DNA of 63,966 bases, the filler included, from Chiloscyllium plagiosum (taxonomy: Eukaryota), in assembly GCF_004010195.1 (NCBI RefSeq). It is 8 parts of one record of this genome, joined end to end, with 100 filler letters (N's around TTAATTAATTAA, not from the genome) between each part and the next. Parts side by side here need not be neighbours in the genome. Positions count along the whole stretch, not along the records: positions 51,499 to 57,490 come from NC_057717.1; positions 57,591 to 60,791 come from NC_057717.1; positions 60,892 to 63,966 come from NC_057717.1; 5 more parts are not named here. One strand, 5' to 3'. Of the stretch, positions 51,499-63,966 are shown piece by piece (within the stretch, counting starts at the first letter, position 1; every line of letters starts with the position of its first letter). The notes under the pieces are model-generated. The model did no database searches. It was not told the DNA's origin and was given only the letters and a program-made list of their open reading frames with translations. Made by a program: the position numbers and the translations under genes.

Positions 51499-52835
51499 AT
51501 CTGTCTAAACCTGAGCCCCCTATTCTTGAGGGCATGTCCCTTAGTCCAAGTCTCATCCATCGATGGAAAAAACTTGGCTTCCTCTACGTTATCTATGTAT
51601 TTGAAAATTTTATTTAAAATGATGAAGAGCTTATGCCCAACACGTCGAATGTCCTCCTTCTCAGATGCAGCCTGACCTGCAGCACTGCACTCTCAACCTT
51701 ATTGACGGCCTTCTGCAAATCCAAGTGTATAACATCCAACTGTTCCTCTCCATCTGTCGTGCTTGCTTCATCCTCAACGAATTCCAGTAAGTATAACAAT
51801 CATAAGCCTCCTTTCCTGAATCCATGCTGCGTCTGTCTGAATGGAACCCTTTACACTAGATGTCTCACTGTTGCTTCTTTCATGATATCCTTCAGCATTT
51901 TCCCGACTACAGATGTTAAGTTAACTGGCATACAGTTACCTCTTTTTTGTTTACACCTTTTTTTTCAGACATTGGCGTGAAATTCGGCGTCTTCCAGTGT
52001 GACAGGTCCTGTCCACAATCCAGTGAATTTGCTAAATTATCACCAACACATCTACTGTAACTTTTACCATTTCTTTCAGCACCCTGGAATGTATTCCATC
52101 AGGATCAGGAAACTTAGCCATATTTAGAATCTCACGTTTGTTTAATTCTAAAATCTTTAATGATAAAAAATTGAATTAACGTCCTCACCGCCCATCGTGT
52201 CCTTAAAGTTATTCTTTGGCAAGTTAGCATATATTCCACCGTGAATACTGACACGAAGTAGTTATTCAACACCTCGGCCGTTTCATTATGATCCAGTATC
52301 ATTTCACCTTTGTCATCCTGCACGGCACTTACATACACATCAGTAACCATTTTCAGTTTCAAATATTTATAAAAAGAGCAGTTTTCCTTCACCTGTTTAT
52401 ATTCTGTGTTGTTTTACATTTATAATCTAGCTTTCCTTTCCTTGTTACTTGCTTTATGGCTATTTTTTTATTTTTCCCATCTTCCTGTTTCCCATTACTC
52501 TTGGCTTCTTTGTAAACCTGGACGTTTAATTGGATCCCTTTTATTATTTCCTTGATTATAGAAGGCTGGCTTTTCGTACAATTGTTATCTTTCTTTTAGA
52601 CCAGAATATACTAACGATGAGCATTGTGAAAGATCTCTTTTAAAGTCCTCCATTGTTCCTCAGATATTCCACCGTATAACTTGTTTTCTTGTCTAATTTA
52701 GCCACCTCCTTCCTAATTCCTTAACCTCCCACTGGTATTAGATGCCATCACTTCACCCTCTATTGCTGTCTGAAATTCGATCGTACTATGATCTCTCTTT
52801 CCGAGAGGCTTATGAACGACGGGAAGTTATAATAT
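51499..52835 (-). mobile_element. Old CR1 LINE fragments with a Penelope terminal fragment at ~51618-51697
   Basis: Minus-strand LDVIHLDLQKAVNK and AEVLNNYFVSVFTVE; tgatgaagagcttatgcccaacacgtcgaat. Confidence 0.7.
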
Positions 52836-52839
52836 GTTT

Positions 52840-53212
52840 GACATCTGTTATGTTATTATTCTGTTCTATTCTTATGTTCTTCTCAGCTATTATTCTGTTA
52901 TGTTCTTATTCTCGTACTCTCCTTTGCCTAATTTTTTATTCTCTTCAGTTTTTATTCCCTCTCGTTATTTTTCTCTTATCTTCTTATTCTACGATGCATT
53001 CCACTTCTTATCTATTCTTTGAAATTATGCTCTTATCCTTTGATATTCTTTTTCATTTATTCATTACTGTTCATTCGTGAATATTCTTATTCTTTTATTT
53101 CATGTTATTCGTAGTTTCGGATTCCCTTATATTCTTACTGTCTTATGCTCTTATTTTATTATGGTCCCATTTTCTGATTCTGTTATGTTCTTATATAATT
53201 ATTCAGTTTTGA
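52840..53212 (+). repeat. Degenerate (TTCTTA/TATTC)n low-complexity tract
   Basis: Directly visible. Confidence 0.85.
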
Positions 53213-53349
53213 TGGGTGTAAGTTTGTTCGATAATCCTGAAGATTCATTTTCAGATGTTTCGTCTGCCTGCATGGTAACGTCTTCAGCTATCACCATCCT
53301 AGGAAAAAATTTCTCCCTATCTACACTCTTATTATCTTGTCTGTCTCCA

Positions 53350-56300
53350 TTAAGTTACCTCTCAGCCTTCGTCACTCTGACGAAAACAGCCTTATGTCCC
53401 TCAGCCTTTCCCCGTAAGACCTTCCTTCCATACCAGGCAACATCCTCGTAAATCTGTTCTGCACCCTTTCCAAAGCTTCCACGTCCTTCAAAAAACTGTG
53501 GTGACCGGAACTGTTTGCAAGACTCCAAATGCAGCTGCACCAGAATTTGTACAGCTGCAACATGACCTCATTGTTCTGAAACTCAGTACCTCCACCAATA
53601 AGAACAAACACATTGTACGCCTTCCTAACAACCCTATCAACTTGTTTGGAACTTTCAAATAATCTATGTACATGGATAGTGAGATCTCTGTGCTCATGAA
53701 CACTACTAAGAATCTTATCATTAGTCCAGCGATTTTTATTCCCGTTTTTCCTTCCAAAGTGAATCCCTTCGCACTTTTCCGCATTAAACTCCATTTGCCA
53801 AATCTCAGCCCTGGTCTGCACATTATCTGTGTCTCCCGGTAACCGACAACATCCCTCGTCACTATCAACAAATCCATGACCTTTGTATTTTCCTCAAATT
53901 CATTGACCCTTTCTTCTATGCCCTCATCCAGTTCATTTATAAAAGTAGCAAGCAGCAGTGGATACAAAACAGACTCTTCCAGTACACCACGAGTAATTGA
54001 ACTCCAGGATTAATACACCTATCAACCCTGGTCTGCACATTATCTGTGTCTCCCGGTAACCAACAACATCCTTCGTCACTATCAACAAATCCATGACCTT
54101 TGTATTTTCCTCAAATTCATTGACCCTTTCTTCTATGCCCTCATCCAGTTCTTTTATAAAAGTAGCAAGCAGCAGTGGATACAAAACAGACTCTTCCAGT
54201 ACACCACGAGTAATTGAACTCCAGGATTAATACTACCTATCAACCAACGCCCTCTGCCTTCTTTCAGCTTGCCAAAGTCTAATCCAAACCGTTAAATTAC
54301 CCCCCAATCCCATGCCTCCCTATCTTGTGCAATAGCCTCCAGTGGGGTACTCTCCCAAACACACTCTTTGAATTCCATACACACCACATCAACTGCTTTT
54401 CCCTCATCCACCTATTTGTTCACCTTCTCAAAGAACTCAATAAGCTTTGTGAGGCACGACCAACCTTTCACAAAACCAAATTGACTATCCCTAATCAACT
54501 TATTCATATCTAGTTAACTATATTTCTTATCTCTTATAACCTTTAACCACAACTGAATTAAGGCTCTTTGTCCTTTTTTATGGGGTGGTCTCTACTCGCA
54601 ATCTTGAACAAGGAGACAACTTTTACTATTCTCCAGTCTTCTGGCACAATTCATGTAGACAATGACGACACAAATATGAAAGCGAAAAGCTCTGCAATTC
54701 CCTCCCTGTCTTCGCAAAGCATCCGAGGACACATCTCATCCGACCTATGGGACTTATCTTTTCCACACTTCCAAGAATTGCTGGCACCTTCTCTTTGTGA
54801 ACGTGAATCCCCTCCCGGGTTAACAGGCCGTTGCTGGAAGAACCGAGTGGGATAGTTTCACAGACTGTTGCTATGAATGCAGAGTAGGCATTTGGATCAC
54901 AGACAGATGTTATGGGAACACAGTGGGAATTGTTTCTTAGAGCACAGTTTGCGGAACAGCATCAGGACTGATCAACAGGCTTTTCTTATGAGAACAAAGC
55001 GTGGATGGGTTGACAGGCTATTGCTAGTGGACAAGAGTGGGAATGGATTCGCGGGCCGTTGCTGTGGAAAAAGTGTGGGCATGGGTTTTCAGGTAATACC
55101 AGGAAAAGAAAGTTGATATATGTTAACAGGCCGATGCAAGGAAGAGGGGTTGGGTGTGGAGTCATCGGCCGATGCCCAGGGAACAGATTGGGAATGGGTT
55201 CATGGGCCGTTGGTACGGGAATGGATTGGAGATGGGTTAACAGGCCATTGTTAGGAATACAGTGTGGATATGTGGCCACAGGTTGTTGCTTGCAGAAAAG
55301 TGTCAGGATGGGCACACGAGTTGTGCTCCTCAGAATAGAATATAGAATATAGCAGCGCAGTACAGGCCCTTCGGCCCTCGATCTTGCGCCGACCTGTCAT
55401 ACCAATGTGCAGCCCATCAAACCTACAAGTACGTCCATATGCTTAGCTAATGACGACTTAAATGCACTTAAAGTTGGCGAATCTACTACTATTGCAGGCA
55501 AAGCATTCCATACCCTTTTTACTCTCTGAGTAAAGATACTACCTCTGACATCTCTCCTATATCTATCACCCCCCAATTCAAAGCTATGCCCCCTCGTGCT
55601 CGCCGTCACCATACTTGGAAAAAGGCTCTCACTTTCCTCCCTACCTAACCCTCTGATTATTTTATATGTCTCTGTTAAGTCACCTCTCAAACGTCTTCTC
55701 TACTACGAAAACAGCCTCAAGTCCCTCAGCCTTTTCTCATGAGACCTTCTCTTCATACCAGGCAACATCCTATTAAATCTCCTCTGCACCCTTTCCAAAG
55801 CTTCCACATCCTTCTTATAATGCGGTGACCAGAACTGTACACAATACTCCAAGTGCAGAAGCACCAGAGTATGTATAGCTGCAGCATAACCACATGTTCC
55901 GGAACTCGATCCCTTTATTAATAAAAGCTAAAACACTGTATGCATTCTAAGCAACCCTGTCAACCTGGGTGACAACTTTCAAGGATCTGTGCACATGGAC
56001 ACCGAGATGTCTCTACTCATCTACACTATCAAGAATCTTACCATTTGCTCAGTACTTTGCATTCCAGTTACTCCGACCAAAGTGAATCACCTCACACTTG
56101 TCCCCATTAAACTCCATTTGCCACCTCTCAGCCTAGCTCTGTAGCTCATCCATGTCTCTCTGTAACCTACAACATCCTTCGTCACTATCCTCAACTCCAC
56201 CGACCTTAGTGTCGTCTGCAATCTTACTAACCCACACTTCTACGCCCTCATCCAGGTCGTTTAAAAAATGACGAACTGCAGTCGTCCCAACACCGACGCT

Positions 56301-57490
56301 TGCGGTACATCACTGGTAACTGGACTCCAGGATGAGCATTTCCAATCAATCGCCACCCTCTGTCTTCTGTCAGCAAGCCAATTACTGAGCCAAACTGCTC
56401 TATCTCCCACAATCCCATTCCTCCGCATTTTGTACAACAGTCATCTGTTGGGAACTCTATCGAACGCCTTGCTGAAATCCATATACACGACATCAATCAG
56501 TTTACTCTCATCTACCTGTTTGGTCACCTTCTCAAAGAACTCAATAAGGTTTGTGAGGCACGACCTACCCTTCACAAAACCATGGTGACTATCCCTAATC
56601 AAATTATTGTTTACGAGATGATTGTAAATCCTATCTCTTATCACTTTTTCCAACACTTAACCAACACCTGACGTGAGGTTCTCTGGTCTATAATTACCAG
56701 GGCTGTCTCTCCTCCCCTTCTTGAACAGGGGAATCTTATTTGCTATCCTCCGGTCTTCTGGCACTATTCCTGTCGACAATGACGATTTAAAGATCAATGC
56801 CAAAGGCTCTGCAATCTCCTCCCTGGCTTCCCAGAGTATCCTAGGATAAAACCCAACCTGTCCAGGGGACTTATCTATTGTCACACTCCACAGGATTTCT
56901 AATACCTCTTCCTTGTGAACGTCGATGACACCTCGTCTAATAGCCTGTATCTCAATATTCTCCTCGACAACATTGTCGTTTACTAGAGTGAATACTGTCG
57001 AAAATATTCATTAAGTGCTTCCCCTATCTCCTCTGATTCCACACACAACATCCCACTGCTATCCTTGATTGGCCCTCATCTTACTCTCGTCAGTCTTTTA
57101 TTCCTGAAATACCGATAGAATGCCTTAGGGTTTACCCTGATCCTATCCGGCAAAACTTTTCATGTCTCCTCCTGGTTCTTCTGAGCTCTCTCTTTAGATC
57201 TTTCCTGGCTACCTTGCAGCCCACAAGCGCCATAACTGAGCCTTCATGTCTCATTGTACCACATGTCTTCTTTTTCATCTTGACCAGATATTCCACTTCC
57301 TTCGTAAACCACGGCTCCCGCGCTCTACGGCTTCCCCCCTGTCTGATAGGAACATACTTACCTCGGACACACCGGAGCTTTTCCTTGAAAAAGCTCCACA
57401 TTTCCAATGTGCCCATCCCCTGCAGTTTGCTTCCCCATCCTATGCTTCCTAAATCTTGCCTAATCGCATCGTAATTGCCTTTGCCCCAGT
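53350..57490 (-). repeat. CR1-satellite A-CR1 composite (right arm of the inverted duplication)
   Basis: 53372-56357 is the reverse complement of 47103-49878; CR1 continues to the gap at 57491. Confidence 0.88.
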
Positions 57491-57590
57491 NNNNNNNNNN
57501 NNNNNNNNNNNNNNNNNNNNNNNNNNNNNNNNNNTTAATTAATTAANNNNNNNNNNNNNNNNNNNNNNNNNNNNNNNNNNNNNNNNNNNN

Positions 57591-60372
57591 AACCTGGGAG
57601 TATGATGTTATTGTTGTTAATGCGTCATGATTGAGGAATGGGCAAGATTGGCAACGAAGTAGCACACGATATAGCTGTCTCAGATGTGATAGAGAGAGAC
57701 GTAAGAAGGTTTGAGGAGTTCTTTTACTGTTCAGAATGGATATCACAACTGAGCTGAAGGAGAGCATCAGCAAGAACTCGAGCAGTGAGGCAGTATGAGC
57801 AGAACAGAGAAATAGGGAGGGTACAGTAACAATGCAGGGGTTTTACGACAGGCCTCCCAACAGTGAGCATGGGATAGAGGTACAAATATGTAAACAGATT
57901 AAGGAAAGATATAGGAGCAACAAGATGGTCGTAATGGGAGACTTTGATTTTCCCAACTGGGATTCACTTAGAGTTAGAAGTTTAGACTTAGGAGAATTCG
58001 TAAGGAGCATCCAGGAAGATTTTATCAAACAGTATGTAAATAGTCCAACACGGGAAGGGTCATATTGGACATGGTCTGTAGAATGAGCCCAGCCAGTTGT
58101 TTGAAGTTTCGGGAGGGGATTACTTTGGGCATTATGAATAATTTCCCCAAGGTTTTAGAATACTTACGGACAAAGACGAGAGTGGTCCAAAAGGAAGAGT
58201 GCTAAATTGTGGGAAGGCCATCTATAGCAAAATTCGGCCGGAGCAAGGAATAATGGACTGGGTGCAGTTGTTTGAAGGAATATCCACATTTAATATTTGG
58301 AAGACTTTAAAAGAGACATTGATTGGAGTCCAGGACAGACACTTTGCAATGAAAGTGAGGGATTGAAATTGCAAGATGACAGGTCGTCGATGACAGGTGA
58401 AATTGTGACAGCAGCTAAGAGGCAAAATGAAGCATACATGAGGTCCAGGCGAAGGAAAACAGACGAAGCTTTGGAAGCATATCGGGAATTTAGGACTAAT
58501 CTGCAACGAGGACTGAAGACGGCTAAAAAGGGGTCATTCAATATCTTTAGAAACCAGGGTTACGAAAAATCCCAAAACCTTTTATTCGTGTATAAGGAGC
58601 AAGAGGGAAACTAGAGAAAGGGTTGGCACACTGAAGGACAAAGGAGCGATGTTCTGAATGGAGTGAGAGAAAATCGGTGAGATTCTTATTGAGCGCTTTG
58701 CCACGGTATTCACCGAGGAGAGGGACAGGATGGTTGTTGAGTTTAGGAATCTCTGTTTGATTCCTTTCGCACAAGTTGGCATGAGTGGGGAGGAGAGGTA
58801 TTGGGTATTTTAAAAGACATTAAGGTGGATGATTCCCCAGTCCTGCTGGGATCCAGGCCAGGCTACTGAGAGAGGCTAGAGCTAAAATATCTGGGGCCTT
58901 CACAGTTGTCTTTCCAGCACCCTTCAACACAGGTGATATCCCAGAGGGCTGGAGAGTTGTGAACATTTTCCCCTTGCTTAAGAAGTGTTGCAAGGATAAT
59001 TCAGGTAAGTATAGAGTGGTGAGCCTAGTGTCAGTGGTAGGGATGCTGCTGGAGAAGATAGTGAGGGATAGAATGTGCTATCATTGGGAAGAAGATCGGA
59101 TTATCAGTGACAGGCAGCATGGTTTTTTGCATGGAAGATCATATCTTTCCAAATTAACAGTATACTTTGAGGAGGTAACGAAGTTAATTGAAGAGGGAAA
59201 GGTTGTAGACGTCATATGCATGCACTTCAGTAAGGCGTTTGATACGGGTCTCTGTAGTAGGACGATGGAGAAATTGAAGTTGCATGGAGTCCATGGTCTA
59301 CTGTCTTCCTGGACAGCAGTAGTCAGAGTAGTCGTGGAAGGCAGTTTTTCAAAATGGATAACTGTGGCCAGTGTTGTTCCACTGGGATCCATTCTGAGAC
59401 CATTGTTGTTTGTGATATGCATAAATGATCTGGAGAAAGGTATAGGTGATATGATTAGCACGTTTGCAGATGAAACTAAAATAATCAGCAGAGAGTGAAG
59501 TGGACTGTCAGAGAACGCAGCAGAATATAGATAGATTGGAGATTTGGCCAGAGAGGTTTGAGAAGGAGTTCAATATAGGCCAATGCGAGGTGTTGCCTTC
59601 TGGAAAATCTAATTCGAAAGCGAAATGCATGATAAATGGAAAAGCCCTGAGACAATTTGTTGTTCGGAGAGATCTGGGCTTTCAGGTCCCTTGTACCCTG
59701 AAGTTGGCAATGCAGGTCGATGAAGTGGTCATGGAGCGATATGGCATACTTTGGACGGGGTATTGAGTACAAAAATTGGTGGATCATATTTCAGTTCTTT
59801 GGACTTTATTTCGGCCTCGTTTTGAATACTGCATACAGTTCTAGACGCCACAATATCAAACGTTATGGATGCTTTGGCAAGGGGCTGAGGAGTTCAACCA
59901 GGATATTGTTGGTATGGAGAGCACGAGCGATGAAGACGGGTTGAGTAGATTGCGATTATTTTTATTAGAAAGACGAAAGTTGAGTGGAGTCGAGATTGAA
60001 GTCAACGATATCTTGAGAGGTATAGACAGGGTGGATAGTAAAATGATTTTACACAGAATGGGGAACTCCATTAATCGTGTTCACGAGTTCAAAGTGAGAG
60101 GGGAAATGTTTTTAGGAAATATGTGTGGAACTTTCTTTATGCAGAAGGTGGTGGGAACCCGGAATGCGTTGCCAGTGGAGGTCATAGAAACGGGCACGGT
60201 GGCGTCATTAAAGATATATCTCGACAGATACATGAATGGGTTGGGAGCAGAGCCATACAAATCCTTGGAAAACAGCTGACAGCTTCTACAGAGTATTTGG
60301 ATCATCGGAGGCCTGGAGGGTCGAAGGGCCTGCTCCTGTCATGTAATTTGCCGTATTCTTTATTCTTTGAAA
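57591..60372 (+). mobile_element. CR1 LINE ORF2, nearly complete but decayed
   Basis: FYDRPPNS, VVMGDFDFP, QHGFLHGRS, HFSKAFD, FADETK, and a 3' UTR. Confidence 0.92.
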
Positions 60373-60525
60373 CAGTGTAGAGATTGGGCCACATGGTGTT
60401 GTTTGGGGCAGAGAGCAGGAATGGTTTAAAAAGACGTTGCTCGGAGAACATAGGGTGGATAGGTTCACAGGACGTTTCTAGCATGACAGTGTGGTGATGG
60501 GACACAGGCTGTAGGACGGACAACA
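60373..60525 (-). repeat. Satellite A, inverted short block
   Basis: ggagaacatagggtggataggttcacagg. Confidence 0.7.
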
Positions 60526-60791
60526 GCATAGCTGGGAGATTACAGAAGCTAGGCAGAAAATTAAAAAGGAGGTCTGCAAGGGCAGTAATATCTGGATTAC
60601 TCCCAGCGCTACGAGCTAGCGAGGGCAGGAATAGGAGGATAGAGCAGATGAATGCATGGCTGAGGAACTGGTCTAAAGGAGAAAGATTCACGTTTTTGGA
60701 ACATTGGAACCTCTTTTGGGTTAGAAGTGACCTGGACAAGAAGGACGGATTTCACCTAAATTGGAAGGGGACTAATATACTGACAGGGAAA
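60526..60791 (+). mobile_element. CR1 ORF1 (SGNH esterase-like) fragment
   Basis: ISGLLP...QMNAWLRNW...DGFHLNWKG. Confidence 0.85.
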
Positions 60792-60891
60792 NNNNNNNNN
60801 NNNNNNNNNNNNNNNNNNNNNNNNNNNNNNNNNNNTTAATTAATTAANNNNNNNNNNNNNNNNNNNNNNNNNNNNNNNNNNNNNNNNNNNN

Positions 60892-61275
60892 GTCACATTG
60901 CAACCTTCACCAACACTATCCACGATGCCACCAAGCTACTTGTCATTGGCAAACCAACTAACGCAAACTTCCACTTCCTCATCCTAATCTTTCATAAAAA
61001 TCACAAAGTCTGCAGGTCCCATAGTAGATCCTTGCAGAACACCGCGAGTATTAGATTTCACTATCACCCTCTGTGGTCTATGTACCCGGCAATTCTGCCC
61101 GCAGAAAGCAAACTTTCCTTGCATCCCATGACTCCTTACTTTCTGAATGCACCTACCATGGCAAAAGGCACCAAAAGCCTTGTGGAAAAGCATGTACACC
61201 ACATCTACTGCTCTACCTTCATGTGTTTTATCACTTCGTCATGGAATTCAATAAGTTTGGGGAGGCATGTTGAAA
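60892..61275 (-). mobile_element. CR1 RT fragment
   Basis: VYMLFHKAF...GVLQGSTMGP. Confidence 0.75.
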
Positions 61276-61959
61276 ATCAACTCCAATGTACCACAGTCCA
61301 AGACCCTTTCCGTTCTCCTGGCCCCTGCGGGTCTGTTATGGGCATTATCAGGGATAAATGCTGAGTAATTCGGTATGTGAAAAGAGCTGAGCGGATTATA
61401 CTTTGAACTTAGTGTGGACTTGTTGGATCAAGTGGCCTTTTTCCACACTGTATGGATTCTTTAACAGTTTGTATCCCTCGTCAATTGTACTATTTGTCTT
61501 TTCTGAAAATCACTCGCAAAAACAGAATACAAGTTTGTCTACAAGAGCTCTGTTGCAAGTGATTCCTGAAAACATTTGAGTTTTGAAGGTCTCAAAATTT
61601 GTCAGTCCACACATAGTGTGAGACCTGCCGAATTCTGAGAGGGAGTTTTTGTCTTTCTTTCCTGATAACTGACCTAACAACAAAAAACCGTAAGGGGGTT
61701 TTCAAACTGTTCCGTCTTACTCTCTCTTCAATTGAGTCTAATTCCAGCCTAAGATTTTGAAGTTTGTTACCACTACCTATGTCTTTCGATGAAGCGGATT
61801 GATGAGACTAGCTTTCCTTTTGTGTCTGTCCGCAAAATGTTCTCCGCTGGATTATTGATATCCACCGTTGATGACCTTGTTGCCCTGGCTACCTGATGGT
61901 TACATGTAATCATTTGCCTCTGTGTTACTCGTTCTTTGGTGCAAATGCTTTGCACTTTA

Positions 61960-62226
61960 ACATTAAAGCTCTGCTGCCTCATAACATCAGAGACCTTGGT
62001 TCAATTCCAGCCTCTGGCAACTATCTGTGTTTCCGCATTGTCCCGTGCCTGCATGGGTTGTCTCCGGATTCCTCCCACAATGCAAAGATTTGTAGGTTAG
62101 AGTGGATTGGCCATGCTAAATAGTCTATCGTGTTAGGTGCATTGCCAGAGGGAAACAGGTCCAGGTGGATTACACTTCGGAGGATTGGAGTGGACTCGTT
62201 GGGCCGAAGGGCCTGTTTCCATACTG
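61960..62226 (+). mobile_element. HE1-type SINE, diverged
   Basis: gctgcctc...ggttcaattccagcc...ggattggccatgctaaat...gggccgaagggcctgtttcc. Confidence 0.8.
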
Positions 62227-62239
62227 GCAGGAAAAAAAC

Positions 62240-62435
62240 CTATTGAAACCTGTGAATTCATTCTCAGTTTATTCTTGAAGGAACTGTCCCTGCACATAAT
62301 CTCACTCTGTTCTCCTCGCAACTGTCTGAAAACCCAAACTCCACATACTGTGAATTCATCCCCTCGCTATTCTCCTAATGTACTGTGAATCAAACCCCGT
62401 TCTGTTCCCTAAGCAAAAGTCTGTGTCTCCCGCCC
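62240..62435 (+). repeat. Satellite A short block
   Basis: cctgtgaattc...ctctgttctcctcgcaac. Confidence 0.7.
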
Positions 62436-62454
62436 TAAACTCCTAATCTCGCCA

Positions 62455-62526
62455 TTCCCTTACTGGGAATCGAATGCGGGATACGGCAATATGAGCAGAA
62501 TTTCCTAACGATGAGAGCAGCAGTGA
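62455..62526 (-). pseudogene. tRNA-Glu-derived pseudogene
   Basis: 72-nt minus-strand tcactgctgctct...gttagga...ttcgattcccagtaagggaa, colinear with vertebrate tRNA-Glu-CTC. Confidence 0.65.
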
Positions 62527-62760
62527 TTACTGCAGGAGTGCCATGCATGGGTGTGTCAACAGCCCTCAAGCTTCTTGCATGTTCTCGAGGCAAAACAACC
62601 GCTGAACGATTGTCATCCCATTTTCTATGTCTTGAACTTGTCTGCCTTAGAAATACGAATTTACAGCTGAATAACTCTGAAGATGATGTGGGTTTCTGCC
62701 CCTGTGAATCCTTTTAGTGACTTCCAAATTCAACCACCAGCTGGCTGATAAAGTTTCCTG

Positions 62761-62852
62761 ACAACCACCTGATTAAGGAGCAGCGTTATGAAAGCTAGTG
62801 CATCCAAATAAAGCTGTTGGTCTATACTCTGGCATTATGTGATTTTTCACTT
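62761..62852 (+). mobile_element. Second Penelope-type terminal repeat fragment with a degenerate hammerhead
   Basis: cac-CTGATTA-aggagcagcgttat-GAAA-GC-TA-gtg followed by aataaa. Confidence 0.6.
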
Positions 62853-62896
62853 CCTCTTTATCAACAACATGTCAGCAATAAAGGAGTCTTTTTTTT

Positions 62897-62964
62897 CTGA
62901 CCGGGAATTGAACTCGGGTCACAAAGCCACAAGCGCTGATTACCAACCATTGCACCACCAGGGA
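62897..62964 (-). pseudogene. tRNA-Glu-derived pseudogene
   Basis: Minus strand TCCCTGGTGG...TGGTT...CAGCGCT...CCCGAGTTCAATTCCCGGTCAG; the anticodon arm is disrupted. Confidence 0.72.
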
Positions 62965-63966
62965 TGCCAACAAGGAACATTGCATCGTTTGTCCTGACGC
63001 AGCCTTTGAGGTTTGTTTCACTGCAGTTAAGATTCTCCTCCAAAATGATTGAGTCTTCGAGGTTTACAGAACGGGAAAAGGCATATCATCCCTGTTTTCC
63101 AAACCTGGTCTGTAGCCTTATGCAATCTGACTTTCCAAATGTTCATCACAATGATAAGTTCCCTGTCACGTTTTAATCTAAAGCTCCACAATGAATGGGA
63201 CTGAGGTTTCATACGGCAAATTTGTGCTACTCCCCCTCGATGAATTGAACCTCATTTTCACCCACAGACCGAAACAATTTGACACATTCCCCCGAGATTG
63301 TCAGAGGTCACATGAGAGACCAACGTTCAGAAAGTAGGATTTCACCCACTTGTCTTATTTTATCCCATTTCACACTTCAAAACCAGAGTGTGGTTACAGC
63401 AGGGAAATAACTCATATAGGCACTCACCTGTGCGTGTTTCTTCCTCATGGATTCCCCCCAATATGCAGTTTATACTGCCTCACCTCGAAATTAGAACATT
63501 CCCACACGTCAGCTGCTTCCTCTCCATCCAAATTACTCAAATTAGTGGAAAATCAAACAGGAAAGCTTCACCAGCATTTTAGATTTACACCACCAGTGTT
63601 CTAACCACTGAGCGAAGGACCCAATACATTACCATCTGAGAGAGAAGGTCTCATGCATTAGAACTTGCAAGGTAATAGGTGCAAGGTAATAGGTGAATGG
63701 ATAGCCTATGTCTCATAAACCAAGCCATGATAATAAAACTGAAACAGAGCCGAGTGGATCATGCAAAGGCAAATGCTAGAATGCAATGCTGAAGCAGATA
63801 GTGACCAGGATGATGTAAACAGAGATATCTCGGGTAGTTCGGTCATATGGATTCAGAGCTTTCACTCTTATGGCTAACATTTACAGTGAATAATATGAAT
63901 TACTCACTGTCATTTAGAAGCGGTATGGTGCTCTGTACCAGTCAGAATCGCTTCCCTGCATGTTAC

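Noticed and set aside
52742..53451. Hydrophobic membrane-protein-like ORFs
   Set aside because: They are products of the T-rich low-complexity tract.

Overview
Vertebrate genomic DNA, repeat-dense and with no intact protein-coding gene. It is inferred to be shark/cartilaginous fish from HE1-type SINEs, CR1/HER1-type LINEs and a GPR139-like receptor family. Main contents: (1) two divergently oriented GPR139/GPR142-like GPCR pseudogenes (2156-3056 on -, 18751-19661 on +); (2) a near full-length defective class I (HERV-I/P(b)-like) endogenous retrovirus at 9992-18409 with both LTRs, a tRNA-Pro PBS, gag-pro-pol-env and a PPT; (3) a decayed Gmr1-type (INT before RT) Gypsy element at about 21900-27562; (4) Penelope-like remnants carrying minimal hammerhead-ribozyme motifs; (5) two satellites (38-bp and ~28-bp monomers); (6) a ~5-kb inverted duplication (about 44980-49878 vs 53372-59130); (7) many CR1 LINE/SINE fragments, tRNA pseudogenes, and nine assembly gaps. 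The most unusual signals are in the ERV. A leader segment is complementary to the 5' LTR poly(A) region, which suggests a 5'-LTR-specific poly(A) lock. A captured CCA-containing tRNA-Glu cassette, bracketed by 19-bp direct repeats, sits between env and the PPT. All alignments were made by eye, so boundaries of old repeats are approximate.
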